Positions 1 through 13,809 of a stretch of 64,000 nucleotides of DNA are shown in pieces. The stretch is from Octopus vulgaris. Taxonomy: Eukaryota. The stretch lies in assembly GCA_951406725.2 (NCBI GenBank), contig OX597838.1, positions 38,068,001 to 38,132,000 on the forward strand. The letters run 5' to 3'. The notes beneath the pieces are model-generated. The model had not been told where the DNA came from. It made no database searches and saw nothing but the letters and a program-made list of their open reading frames with translations. Within the stretch, counting starts at the first letter, position 1. Every line of letters starts with the position of its first letter. A program made the translations under genes and the position numbers.

Positions 1-220
<220 letters not shown>

Positions 221-774
221 GCCCTGATGCAGTACCAGGCAGTGGCTCTCATGGCTTCTGATCTTAACTGATTGGAAGTGTTATCATGTACATTGTTTTG
301 TCTTGGTATAAAAGATGGGCTACAGCAAATATTCTGCTCAATACCACAGATTTGCTTGTCAGTTGTTTGACCTTAACCAGTTGAGCATGTCCCTTAGTGG
401 CTGACGATATGTGCATCTCTGATCACGAGCAGAAGTAGTGGGGGAGCATCATAGCCATGTGTTGAGAGGGATTCTTTGGGGTTTGAATAGTTCACCTCTG
501 GAAACATGGGTGGTTCTTTCAACGTCCTTAAACAACCCTTATTCAGGGACCGTTTGAGCGGGATGGGCTACTCAACCTGAAGAAAATTCTAACTGGGCCC
601 CACCTGCAAGGTCATGTGCTGTTTATCTTGATATGAGATCACCATGTCGCGCACATATAGTTGTGATGCATGTGCCTGGTGTACCTTTATCAGACGGGTA
701 GTCATGATGGGTATATTGGGCTTCGTATATTTTACCCCAGTGTCACTTTGATGGCATGAACTGCTCTCTCACTC
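221..774 (+). mobile_element. ~555-bp non-coding interspersed repeat embedded in (AAT)n, copy 1
   Basis: Starts GCCCTGATGCAGTACC, ends CTGCTCTCTCACTC followed by (AAT)n; near-identical to 2020-2572. Confidence 0.8.
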
Positions 775-793
775 AATAATAATAATAATAATA

Positions 794-883
<90 letters not shown>

Positions 884-916
884 AAGAAGAAGAAGAAGAA
901 GAAGAAGAAGAAGAAG

Positions 917-1518
917 GAATATATTCACAGACATGACAGAGTTGGAACCTACATACATTGGAAGCTATGCCAACATTATGGAATAACAACAGAAAAAAGA
1001 TGGTATAGGCACACACCAGAAAAGGTCACAGAAAACAAGAAAGCAACCATACTCTGGGATATGCCGATACACACAGATAGAGAAATTAAGGCCAACAGAC
1101 CAGATATAGTTGTCAGAGATCATGAAGAAAAAAATGCTTTTTAATTGATGTATCAATACCGGCAGATGACAACGTGTCTCTAAAAGAAATGGAGAAACTC
1201 TCAAAATACAAAGACCTGGAAATAGAGGTAACTAGAATGTGGAATCTAAAAACAGAAACAATTCCTATCATAGTAGGTGCATTAGGCATGATAAAAAAAT
1301 ATTCAGACAAATACATAACAAAAACACCAGGACTTACAAACACATATAACATACAGAAAATTGCACTACTAGGCACTGCACACATCCTACGCAGAACACT
1401 TTCCATACAATAACCATCAGAGCATCACAACAAATCACAGCACATACCCAAGGCACACAGAGCTGCGCTCGGTAGTGAAGTGAAAGCACGCTATAAAAAT
1501 AAAAATAAAACTACTGAA
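917..1518 (+). pseudogene. 5'-truncated R4/Dong-clade non-LTR retrotransposon 3' end (restriction-like endonuclease domain + 3'UTR)
   Basis: Reads EYIHRHDRVGTYIHWKLC...ILWDMPIHTDREIKANRPDIVVRD / FLIDVSIPADDN...KLSKYKDL...IPIIVGALG: RHD and PD..D motifs of RLE LINEs. 1-bp frameshift in the A-run near 1130; stop at 1413; ends in an AAT tract. Confidence 0.85.
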
Positions 1519-1541
1519 TAATAATAATAATGATAATAATA

Positions 1542-1655
1542 TGTGATGCATGTGCCTGGTGTACCCTTATCAGACCGGGTAGTCATGATGGGTATACTGG
1601 GCTTCGTATATTTTACCCCAGTGTCACTTTGATGGCATGAACTGCTCTCTCACTC
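1542..1655 (+). mobile_element. 5'-truncated copy of the 555-bp AAT-embedded repeat
   Basis: Matches the last ~113 bp of 221-774 and is followed by (AAT)n. Confidence 0.8.
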
Positions 1656-1674
1656 TATAATAATAATAATAATA

Positions 1675-1750
<76 letters not shown>

Positions 1751-1824
1751 TAATAATGATAATAATAATAATAATAATAATGATAATAATAGCAACAACA
1801 ACAAAAATGATGATGATGATGATC

Positions 1825-1871
<47 letters not shown>

Positions 1872-1903
1872 TAATAATAATAATAATAACAATAATAATA
1901 ATA

Positions 1904-1977
<74 letters not shown>

Positions 1978-2019
1978 TAATTAATAATAATAATAATAAT
2001 AATGATAATAATAATAATT

Positions 2020-2572
2020 GCCCTGATGCAGTACCAGTCAGTGGCTCTCGTGGCTTCTGATCTTAACTGATTGGAAGTGTTATCATGTACATTGTTTTGT
2101 CTTGGTATAAAAGATGAGCTACAGCAAATATTCTGCTCAATACCACAGATTTGCTTGTCAGTTGTTTGACCTTAACCAGTTGAGCATGTCCCTTAGTGGC
2201 TGACGATATGTGCATCTCTGATCACGAGCAGAAGTAGTGGGGGAGCATCATAGCCATGTGTTGAGAGGGATTTTGGGGGTTTGAATAGTTCACCTCTGGA
2301 AACATGGGTGGTTCTTTCAACATCCTTAAACAATCCTTATTCAGGGACCTTTTGAGCGGGATGGTCTACTCAACCTGAAGAAATTTCTAACTGGGCCCCA
2401 CCTGCAAGGTCATGTGCTGTTTATCTTGATATGAGATCACCATGTCGCGCACATATGGTTGTGATGCATGTGCCTGGTGTACCCTTATCAGACGGGTAGT
2501 CATGATGGGTATATTGGGCTTCGTATATTTTACCCCAGTGTCACTTTGATGGCATGAACTGCTCTCTCACTC
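2020..2572 (+). mobile_element. 555-bp AAT-embedded repeat, copy 2
   Basis: Near-identical to 221-774, with the same termini. Confidence 0.8.
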
Positions 2573-2645
2573 AATAATAATAATAATAATAATAATAATG
2601 ATAATAATAGCAACAACAACAACAAAAATGATGATGATGATGATC

Positions 2646-2709
<64 letters not shown>

Positions 2710-3096
2710 TGATGATGATAGTGATGATGATGGTGATGGTGATGGTGATGGTGATGGTGATGGTGATAGACAGTTGGTTGAATATATACTTCAAATTGTT
2801 CTTCCAGGAGAATATAATATATTCCGATACGTAAACACATAGAAACACCTGAACTGTGGAGTTAGTGGCACGTGAACGATGTCCGTGGAAATTTAGTTTC
2901 AATTTCCCCTCTCCCCTCCACATGTCTGACTATATACATATACATATATTCATACATATATACATATACATACATACATACATATATTCATACATATATA
3001 CATATACATACATATATATATATATAAATATACATATATATATATGTATATATGCATAGATGTATACATGCATACAAGCATATGTACATATACGTA

Positions 3097-3176
<80 letters not shown>

Positions 3177-3475
3177 GGAAATTACGAAAGTTTCGAGACA
3201 GGAGAAAAAGTATGAAAACAGCACTAGAAATTTGGGTAAAATCTCCCCTCCAGACGGAAAAAGCTATCCAGCATTCGCTAAAGAGGGCCGCTCTCTTGTC
3301 CGTTTAAAAGATGTGTGCATATGTGTGCGTATGTGTGTGTGAGTGTGTATGTGTGCGCGGAGAAAGATAAGGAGATAGGGAGAGAGATCGGGCAAGATAA
3401 GGAATAGGAAAAATAAAGGAGAGAATCGATTAAATATTGATAGATACATACATACATACATACATAAATGGAGGG

Positions 3476-3509
<34 letters not shown>

Positions 3510-3617
3510 ATACACACACACACATACATATACATATAAACACTCAAGCACACAAAGATTTTGACCATGCACACTTTGAGAAAAACGCAAAGATACAGAC
3601 CCGCTCACGTGACCATA

Positions 3618-3696
<79 letters not shown>

Positions 3697-3697
3697 T

Positions 3698-3738
<41 letters not shown>

Positions 3739-4447
3739 GTAGATAGATAAATAGATAGATAGATATACACATATATACATAGATACATATATACATAGAT
3801 ACATATATACACACACAACTAGCATGAGAGGTAGAAGTATATATATTTGCTAATCTCCAACAGATTACAGTAATATGAAACGTCACTTTCAATATGGAAG
3901 TTTTAATATGATTGAACGTAATCGGAACTCTTCTTCAGCACTCCATTGAAAACAACAAATAATGGCGGCGGTGGGGGCTGGCGTTCAAACATCAATATTT
4001 TTCAGTTGTTTTGGTGATTGGTATTTTGTCGGTATAATTTATTGGGTTTTCATTTTCTTTCCCTTTTTTTACTTCCTTTTTCCTTTTATTCTATTTTTGG
4101 TTACTTGTTTTGGTTGTGTGTTTTTTTTTTTAGTTTTTTTTAAATACTTTTTTCCGTTGTTTTTAGAAACAGTCAAAAAATACCATAAATATCATTATAT
4201 TAAGAGTGGAAATATATCTCCGCAGTTTCACTCCTCACACCCTCCCATACACACACAAACAAATAAACAAACAAACAAACAAACATACATACAGACACAA
4301 ATCACACACACGCATACACACTCTTTCTGATACTTTTTCTCCCTCTTTCCTTCTTTTTCTATCATTCCCTTCACTCCGTTACTGATACTCTTCTCCATGC
4401 ATAGTACGTTCCCACACACACATCCACACACTCACACACAACCACAA

Positions 4448-4491
<44 letters not shown>

Positions 4492-4550
4492 GTGTGCGTG
4501 TATGTAATTTACACTCTTTCGTCAGATTATTTATATGTATATATATATAT

Positions 4551-4933
4551 CTCTTTACTCTTTTACTCTTTTACTTGTTTCAGACATTTGACTTCGGCCA
4601 TGCTGGAGCACCGCCTTTAGTCGAGCAACTCGACCCCAGGACTTATTCTTTTGTAAGCCCAGTACTTATTCTATCGGTCTCTTTTGCCGAACCGCTAAGT
4701 AACGGGGACATAAACACACCAGCATCGGTTGTCAAGCACACATACGCATACATAGATATATACATATATACGACGGGCTTCTTTCAGTTTCCTTACACCA
4801 AATCCACTCACAAGGAATTGGTCGGCCCGAGGCTATAGTAGAAGACACTTGCCCAAGGAGCCACGCATTGGGACTGAACCCGGAACCATGTGGTTCGTAA
4901 GCAAGCTACTTACCACACAGCCACTCCTCCGCC
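4551..4933 (-). mobile_element. tRNA-derived SINE family A
   Basis: Head GGCGCAGGAGTGGCTGTGTGGT...GGTTCAGTCCC (A/B-box-like), internal TA/TG tract, (TAAAAGAG)n tail; at least 15 copies in the window. Confidence 0.85.
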
Positions 4934-5039
4934 TATACATATATATATATACACACACACAATTTGTCAAACATGAGCAAAATGGCATAATGGCACACAA
5001 GAACAAACTCGCACACTTGTATATCTAGCCATGTATAAA

Positions 5040-5335
5040 AGGTTAAAGACTCCCTCCGGTCACAAATGGTTATTGGGTTGCACCTAGAAAGTGTCCCCAT
5101 CCCAAGCACAAGTCTGGGCAAGGTTGTTTACAGAAGGCCAGCAGTCGCCCATGCATACCAGCCTACACTCTCCGCCCCACCGATATTATCCAAGGGAAAG
5201 GCAAAGGCCACTACAGCTTGGAACCAGTGACGTCGCAACTCATCTCTTGAGCTGAGTGAACCGGAGCAATGTGGACTACAGTGTATTGCTCAAGAATATA
5301 ACACGCAGCCCGGTCCAAGAATCGAACACACTACA
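5040..5335 (-). mobile_element. tRNA-derived SINE family C, decayed
   Basis: Reverse complement matches 27742-28075. Confidence 0.6.
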
Positions 5336-5368
5336 TCGCAATACATCATAATTTTAATCCCGACATTC

Positions 5369-5441
<73 letters not shown>

Positions 5442-5670
5442 GACATTTGCACGTATGCCTGTATGTATATAGTTGCGTTGTATTCTGTTAGACTCATGTT
5501 ACTGTACAGTATAGAGCTCGTCCACCATTGGAATAAACCAGTAGTATAGGTGGTATTATTATAAACTTCGAACCCTAAAATTGAGCATTCGACGTGTGTG
5601 AATATAAAACTGAAGAAATCGAAGTAAGGTTGGACATTCGTTTATTATTCTCTACATTATTCTCTACATA

Positions 5671-5836
5671 GGCGCAGGAGTGGCTGTGTGGTAAGTAGCT
5701 TCCTAACCAACCACATGGTTCCGGGTTCAGTCCCACTGCGTGGCATCTTGGGCAAGTGTCTTCTACTAATAGCCTCGGGCCGACCAATGCCTTATGAGTG
5801 GATTTGGTAGACGGAAACTGAAAGAAGCCTGTCGTA

Positions 5837-5877
<41 letters not shown>

Positions 5878-6102
5878 GTGTGTGTGTTTGTGTGTCCGTG
5901 TTTGTCCCCCTAACATTGCTTGACAACCGATGCTGGTGTGTTTACGTCCCCGTCACTAAGCGGTTCGGCAAAAGAGACCGAAAGAATAAGTACTGGGCTT
6001 ACAAAGAATAAGTCCCGGGGTCGATTTGCTCGATTAAAGGTGGTGGTCCAGCATGGCCGCAGTCAAATGACTGAAACAAGTAAAAGAGTAAAGAGTAAAG
6101 AG
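5671..6102 (+). mobile_element. SINE family A, full length
   Basis: Complete head, internal microsatellite and tail. Confidence 0.9.
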
Positions 6103-6662
6103 TATTTGTTTCTACACAACGAAGTTCTCCGAGAATAGAGTTATTTGACTATTCAACTGTTTGTTTGCATAATGTGATCTAATGGTGTTTCCTCTGGCGA
6201 TATACAAGTGTTGCCTCCGCTAGTTTAAAATCTCTGACGTCAAGGCTATCCTCTCTGTTTGTATCACTTTGAATTTGATTTCCTACTCTGTGTAGCCATC
6301 CATGTAGAACAAACCTGAAATACAAAGTGATAGAAGACAAAACACCTGAAAGGCTAGCCTGTGCCACACGCTACCTTCCATTGCATCACAGCTCGCAACA
6401 TGAAGATTTCAACAACAACCAAATTCAAAATACTGTAGATGGCCTTGAAGTCGAAGCTTTTAAAGTAACAGAGACAACACTTGTATGTCGCTCGAGGAAG
6501 CACAACTACATCTCATTATGCAAACTAACAGTTGCATAATCAAACACCTGTATTCTTGGAGGACTACGTTATGTCGGGACAATTGTGGCGAATAATAAAC
6601 AATTATCCAAACGTACTCCCTCTTCCTGAGCCCAATTCTTTCAATTGTCTATAAATATATAA

Positions 6663-7109
6663 CTTCTTTTATTTTGTTACTTTTTCAGTCATTTGAATGC
6701 GGCCATGCTGTAGCACCACCTTTAGTCAATCAAATCGACCGCAGGACATATTCTTTGTAAGTCTAGTACTTATTCTATTGGTTTCTTGTGCCGAACAGCT
6801 AAGTTACGCGGACGTAAACTCAACAACATCGGTTCTCAAGTGATGATGGAAGGACAAACACAGCCATACAAATACGTACATATGTATACACACACATACA
6901 CACACCACACACACACACACACACACATACACACACATATATACATACGACGTGCTTCTTTCAGTTTCCATCTATCAAATCCACTCGCAAGGAATTGGTC
7001 AGCTCGAGGCTATAGTAAAGAGACTTGTCGAATATGCCACGCAGTAGGACTGAACCCGGAACCATGAAATTGGGAGGCAAGCTTCTTATCACAGGCCCAC
7101 TCCTGCACC
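6663..7109 (-). mobile_element. SINE family A, diverged
   Basis: Colinear with the other copies on the reverse strand. Confidence 0.8.
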
Positions 7110-7232
7110 TACATAGATAGACAGACAAACACAGAGATTGATAGATAGATAGATAGATAATGTGTGTGCGTGTGTGTGTGTGTGTGAATGCCTGTGTGCC
7201 TGTATGTGTATGTGAATATGTTTGTGTGTATT

Positions 7233-7299
<67 letters not shown>

Positions 7300-7576
7300 T
7301 ATATGTATACTATATATACTCGCACATATATACAAATTAGTAGAAATGGTTTGGTTCGGCATGTCATCAGATTGGTCCGTTTGTTTTTCCAAGGATAGGT
7401 CAAATTGATGTTGACGCAGCTGATGAAAACCCAATAAGGATTGAAAATCGATTAAGGATGCTCATAATCTTTTTCACTCAACGGAGAAATGCTTAAATTT
7501 GGCCTTTTTATACATATACTTCACAAGTTTTATATATATATATATTACATGTGTGTGTGAATTTGTGTATATATAC

Positions 7577-7677
<101 letters not shown>

Positions 7678-8340
7678 ATGTCAGTATGTATGTATATGTA
7701 TATATAGATGATGATGGATTCCTTCGTCGTGAACGCCAAATGAGAGTTCAGTAAAATAAAGCATTGATCATGTTCTATGGACACGAATGTGTCTCATGAG
7801 GCCCGCTGGTGCTTTGCAAACCTTATGGTAAATAGAACAAGTTGAGGTCTCAGTTTACTTGAGTGTTTGTGAATCATTTACTATGTTACCTTGAGTAGAT
7901 GCCTAGGCCTGCTTTGCTTTGTGCTATAAAACCACAATGACAGGTAAGGTTATACTTTTTCATTTAGTGTGATGTCCCAAGTTGACTTGGTTACAGTTTC
8001 ACTTTCAGTTTCCATCTATCAAATCCACTCGCAAGGATTTGGTCAGCTCGAGGCTATAGTAAAGAGACTTTCCGAATATGCCACGCAATAGGACTGAACC
8101 CGGAACCATGAGTCACTAGTAACTGTCATAAACGATTTGACTTAGGGATGATGACCTCATTAAAGTCAACGGCACCTCATAAACTGTATACTCAAGCTCG
8201 GTCCAGCTATTTCTCATGGACGGCGATAGTTCCTCCTGCAGTCATCTACGAATTGGTGACGCTTATGCGAAAACAAAAGCTTTGCGCAGTAGAATGACAC
8301 GTTTTCAACAATAAGCAGACACAACAGGTTCTACTAGGAG

Positions 8341-8657
8341 CACTCCGTCGGTTACGACGACGAGGGTCCCAGCTGATACGATGAACGGAACAGCTTGCTC
8401 GTGGAATTAACGTGCAAGTGACTGAGCAATCCACAGAGAAGTGTACCCTTAACGTAGTTCTCAGGGAGATTCAGCGTGACACAAAGTATGACAAGGTCGG
8501 CCCTTTGAAATACAGGTGCAACTCACTTTTGCCAGCTGAGTGGACTGGAGCAACGTGAAATAAAGTGTCTTGCTCAAGGACCCAACGCGTTACCGGGAAT
8601 CGAACTCACGACCCTACAATCGTGAGCCGAATGCCCTAACAACTAAGCCACGCGCCT
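8341..8657 (-). mobile_element. tRNA-derived SINE family B
   Basis: rc GGCGCGTGGCTTAGTTGTTAG...GAGTTCGATTCCC, then GTCCTTGAGCAAGACACTTT; matches 41460-41776. Confidence 0.85.
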
Positions 8658-8927
8658 TCACTCAACAGGTTCAGTCAGCAGCGAATACTAAGGGAGAGAA
8701 TTTATCCAAGGTATACTACACCTAGTCTTTGTTAGGACATCACTCAAAGAGAAGGAAGCTGTGATGGAGAATCTGCGACTCAGTGGCAACCAATGATGAT
8801 GACAAGTTAATCTGACACCCCTGTTTAGAGAGTGGGATTGGATGTGTGCCAAGCCTTCTCCTCGCTTTAGAAAATATAATGAACAAGCATCGTTATCTTA
8901 TACTCGATAATGAAGAAGCGGCAATTC

Positions 8928-8961
<34 letters not shown>

Positions 8962-8963
8962 TC

Positions 8964-9054
<91 letters not shown>

Positions 9055-9107
9055 GCATATATATATATACATACATGTATATATATGAATAATATATATT
9101 CCTAAAT

Positions 9108-9478
9108 ACTCTTTTAGTATTTTACTTGTTTCAGTTATTTGACCGTGGCCATGCTGGAGCACCACCTTGGAGGCCTAGTACTTGTTCTATCGTTCCCTTT
9201 TGCCTAACTGCTAAGTTACGGGCACGTAAACACACCAACATCGGTTGTCAAGTGATGTTATGTGGACAAACACAGACACAAAATCATATACGCACGCGTA
9301 TTTATATATGTATACATATATACGACGTGCTTCTTTCAGTTTCCGTCTACCAAATCCACTCACAAGGGTTTGGTCGCTCTGAGGCTATAATAGAAGACAC
9401 TTGCCCAAGGTGCCACGCAGTGGAAAATAACCATGTGGTTGGTAAGCAAGCTACTTACCACACAGCCACTCCTACGCC
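9108..9478 (-). mobile_element. SINE family A, internally deleted
   Basis: Matches the family on the reverse strand. Confidence 0.8.
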
Positions 9479-9489
9479 TAAATATATGT

Positions 9490-9558
<69 letters not shown>

Positions 9559-9754
9559 GAGAGAGAGAGAGAAAGAGAGAGAGTGGGGGAAAGAGATTAT
9601 AGAAAAGGTCAGGAGGTTTGAGATGAATATGTATATATCAACAGTTGATATTCATAACATGACGGCCGTTTGACCGGCAACCTCGTGTAAAAATGATTTA
9701 TTTTAGTGTATAATAAATAATTTTACATGTCTGCACTGGTGTGTAGGCTATATA

Positions 9755-11643
9755 CAGTAGTGACCTTGATATAAGAGTCAGTAAGTACAAGTGTATTTAG
9801 ATAGTTATTATAGAAGATTAACAACACGCTGAGACTAGATATTTTATATATATTTAGATATATCTAATACCTATCGTTCTTGAAATGTTCAAGTGAATGG
9901 AATAAGTATTTTGTAAGTTATGAGGAAATAAATGTTCCAAATTGCAGCGGTCAAAATTTAAGGATCACTTAGAAAAAAATGAGCTACTAACCGAGGAATG
10001 TGTTGTTTAGAAGACTGTTAATGGGCTAACAGTTATTTCATATGATCTTGCAGTATTGGAACATTCAACTGTCAACATGGCGGCTCGTGAGAGACGACCA
10101 GTGTCCTGTGATGAAAACCAAAGGATTGTGTGCTTTCACCAAGAGGGCAAATCGAATTCCGTGATAGTAACTCCTGTAGGAAGGTTTAGAAGTACTGTGA
10201 AAAGAATTGTAACTCGTTCTTAGTCATCGGGATTGACAGATGCTAAACCCAAATCTCGTAGAACTCTTAAAACTTCACTAAGACAGGATCGTATTGTGGT
10301 TAGAATGTCACTGAGGGATAGGGCTGAGAGTGCTGCTGAAATATCCCGCGTGTTTAGTTTCACTTCCGATGTCAATGCATTGCGCAAACCAGTTTCTCGG
10401 AAGTTACGAGGTTCTGGGTTGCTTGCTCAGTCACCAGCAAAGAAACTTCTGATCTCCAAGAAGAATCAAAGAGTCTGTCTTCGTTTCGATCACGAACATG
10501 TCGCTTAGACAGAAGAATAGTGTTTGAAGGTTCAATTTAGCGATGAATCGAAGTTTAATTTGATTGGTTCCGATTGCAGGATTATACTTCGGACGAAGAA
10601 GTGACGAAGGATTATCTCGTGCATGAAGAAGACAGTGAAATATGGAGTAGGCTGTGTAATGGTATGAAGAGTGATCTCTGCTGCTGGTTCTGGTCCACTT
10701 ATTCGCCCAGAAGGGACTGTCAATGATGAAATCTTCAAGCAGATTCTTGGACAGAATGCCCTTCCACATCTCCGATCCTCGTCAGTTCAACCTCTTATCT
10801 TCGTTCAGGACAACTCTCCCTGTCAACTGCAAAGAAAGTCTCAGGTTGTCTGCGTGATGAAGGGGTTGATGCCATGGACTGGCCACCTCAAAGTCCCGTT
10901 CTCAACCATATAGAAAACATTTGGTTGATTATTGGAGATGGAGTGCGAAGGAGAAATCCAAAGAAACAAGATGAACTCTGGGAATTATTGAAAAAGGAAT
11001 GGAACAATATTACTCCATCATTTTGCAAGAAATTAATTCAGTCCTTTCGTAACAGATGTCAGGAGGTCATTGATAGTGAAAGAATATTCACAAAATATTA
11101 ATAAGGGTTTCTTTTTTTATCTTTTTCCATCTTTCATTGCTTTTCTAAGTGGCCCTTAACGTTTGGCCGTTGCATTTGGAAGATTATTTGTTAATTTCCT
11201 GTAGGATTGGGTCAGTTGTCTGTACTTCATTGGTATAAAGTAATCCTTGTTCTTGATTAAGATCTGTGACGACTTCTCTGTTTTCAGAGTTGGGTCTCCA
11301 CTATGCTATATGCCTATGGGTATATAGCATAGTAGATAAGAGCACAGGCTACTAATCCTCAAATTCTGAGTTTAATCCTAAGCAGGGACTTGGGAAATAA
11401 TATCAACAAAAAATAACATCAGCAAAACAAAAAAAGCAAAAGAATACCTTAGGAATGGGAACAGACTATCGCATTCGTCAAATATGAAATATTTATTCTA
11501 TTCCATTGAGATTTTCACAAAAGATAGATATTAGATATATCTAAATACCTGTAAACTATCTAGTCTCACAGTTCTGTTAGACTTCTATAATAAATATTTC
11601 AATACACTTGTTCGTACTGACCCTTATATTATGGCCGCGATTG
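9755..11643 (+). mobile_element. Decayed Tc1-like DNA transposon with long imperfect TIRs
   Basis: TA|CAGTAGTGACCTTGATATAAGAGTCAGT on the left versus rc TA|CAATCGCGGCCATAATATAAGGGTCAGT on the right; inverted similarity continues ~120 bp, with an inner repeat pair at ~9936-9975 / ~11140-11181. Confidence 0.75.
10077..11101 (+). pseudogene. Tc1-family DD34E transposase pseudogene
   Basis: HTH-like N-terminus, FSDESKFNL, QDNSPC and WPPQSPVLNHIENIW motifs spread over frames with stops. Confidence 0.9.
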
Positions 11644-11665
11644 TATTGCATAGTATATATAAACC

Positions 11666-11851
11666 AGTGCTCCCTAACCGCTGCGCTGAGGCACACTGGT
11701 GTACCACGAGACGATGCGGAGTGTGCCGCGGTGTAACCTGAATATAACTTTTTCCCCTATACTTTTAGTAAATGTTTTTAGTTCAGATGTGCCGCCGATT
11801 TTTGAAAAGAATGTAGGTGTATCACAAGTGAAAAAAGATTGCGTGGCACTG
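11666..11851. mobile_element. hAT/Charlie-type MITE, decayed
   Basis: Starts CAGTGCTCCCTAACC, ends GATTGCGTGGCACTG, with GTGCCGCG-like subterminal motifs; no clean 8-bp TSD seen. Confidence 0.5.
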
Positions 11852-11910
11852 GTGGAATAAACCAACGATGATATAGAAGGCTGCTTCTTCAGATCGACAG
11901 AATACCATGG

Positions 11911-12134
11911 TAAGGCGGCGAGCTGGCAGAAACGTTAGCACGCCGGGCGAAATGCTTGGCGGTTTTTCGTTTGCCGCTACGTTCTGAGTTCGAGGTCGAC
12001 TTTGCCTTTCATCCTTTCGGGGTCGATAAATTAAGTACCAGTTACGCACTGGGGTCGATCTAATCGACTTAATCCGTTTGTCTGTCCTTGTTTGTCCCCT
12101 CTATGTTTAGCCCCTTGTGGGCAATAAAGAAATA
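11911..12134 (+). mobile_element. SINE family D monomer
   Basis: AAGGCGGCGAGCTGGCAGAA head, GCCTTTCATCCTTTCGGGGTCGATAAATTAAGTACC core, AATAAAGAAATA end. Other copies at 37465-37575(-), 39900-40010(+), 40180-40372(-), 49749-49965(+), 61045-61180(-). Confidence 0.8.
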
Positions 12135-12631
12135 CGAATACCATGGTTTGGTCAATTTTTTTCAAATCAAGATTCCACAGTCCTACAATCACGCTTTCAT
12201 AGTAAACCTATGAACCGTTCAGCCCACCCTCTTACTCTCAACACCGAGTGTTGCGTACTCCACCCTCATTTGTTCAACATGGAGCAATGTACGTATGTAC
12301 GTGTATATATGTGTTTGCCTGTATGTATATATACACACATATACACACACACATAGCATATATCTTTCATCTTTTAGCGCTTACATGCTTCAATCACTCA
12401 AATGCGGACATGCTGGAGCACCGGTTTGAAGAATTTCAAGTCGAATTTCAATATTTTTGTTTTTACACTTTATACGGATTCTGTGGTTATGCTACGCAGA
12501 CATAAACACACAAACATCGACAGACCCACACAAACATACACATATGTGTATATATATATATATATATATAAGTATATATATACATATACATATATATATA
12601 TATTTATATATATAGGTATATATATATACAT

Positions 12632-12721
<90 letters not shown>

Positions 12722-12911
12722 CAAAATTAGAGAATGGAGAAACATACTTAAATCAGTAAAACATCAACTATCCGATGATACTCAATCCGTACTTTAATAC
12801 ACCATTACATATGAGTAAAGGCAATATATAAAATGAAATGAGATATACAGTAATAGTAAAAAGATAAAGAGATATAAGTAAAAAATTTCAAATATAATAT
12901 ACAAATAAATC

Positions 12912-13028
12912 AAAACTGACAGCTGTTTCGGCAGTGAGGACAGTCATACCTCATTTAACCTATAAGCCATAAAGGCAGGTATAAATGAGGCATTAACAAG
13001 GATGCCCCACGGCCTCTTCAGAGAATTA
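12912..13028 (-). ncRNA. Minimal type I hammerhead ribozyme motif with long stem II
   Basis: rc CTGAAGA-GGC...GCC-GAAA-CAGCTG-TC; palindromic stem III ACAGCTGT; stem I weak. Confidence 0.65.
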
Positions 13029-13362
13029 AATTAAATTTGTTATAATAGTGAAAAATATTATATAATCATATACATATAAATATAAAAATATAAAAATGTA
13101 AAATATAAAAACTTATACATCATAATGCTACACTTATATAATATAATACACATTTGTACAAAAAGGAAGGTAAACAGAACAAAATAAAACAAAATATATA
13201 ACAGTGTATATATTAATATTAATAAGTACCGATATTATACATATTTGGCTAATAGTTTTTTTTATAAAAAAAAGGCTAACACATATGGAGATGAAAAATA
13301 ATAATTAAATCCGTGGTACAGTTCATAAAATTCTAAAGCTATAAAAGTTAATAAAAATTACT

Positions 13363-13433
<71 letters not shown>

Positions 13434-13656
13434 TAATAAAAATAGATACAGTTAAGTTAGCACCAAGTCCATCCTTTCAAGATCGAAATAACTATGAGTT
13501 AAGAAATGCTGACCACTAGGTAAAGAAAATTTAGATTAATTCGATTGGCTAATTCGATATATATTATCCCATGGTGGGTTGAATTTTCAACCCCTATCTC
13601 ATTTTATAATATATATATATATATATACTTTATTTAAAAGCAGGAGAATATTCAAC

Positions 13657-13704
13657 AAAACCTGTTACTCTGAGTTTCACGTTCCCGTCCGTCGGACAGT
13701 TTTT
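13657..13704 (-). ncRNA. Variant hammerhead motif (CCGACGG core)
   Basis: rc CTGT-CCGACGG-ACG GGAA CGT-GAAA-CTCAGAG-TA-ACAG; lies in repeat 13625-13772, which is related to 27364-27548. Confidence 0.55.
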
Positions 13705-13770
13705 GCTAGAATGCCCCTGGAATTTGAGTACTCTTTTTTCCACCTTGTTTCACATTTATGTGTTTACTCC

Positions 13771-13809
<39 letters not shown>

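Noticed and set aside
221-300. Ribozyme (hammerhead or HDV-like) at the 5' end of the 555-bp element
   Set aside because: CTGATG has no matching stem II/GAAA, and I could not build an HDV nested double pseudoknot by eye.
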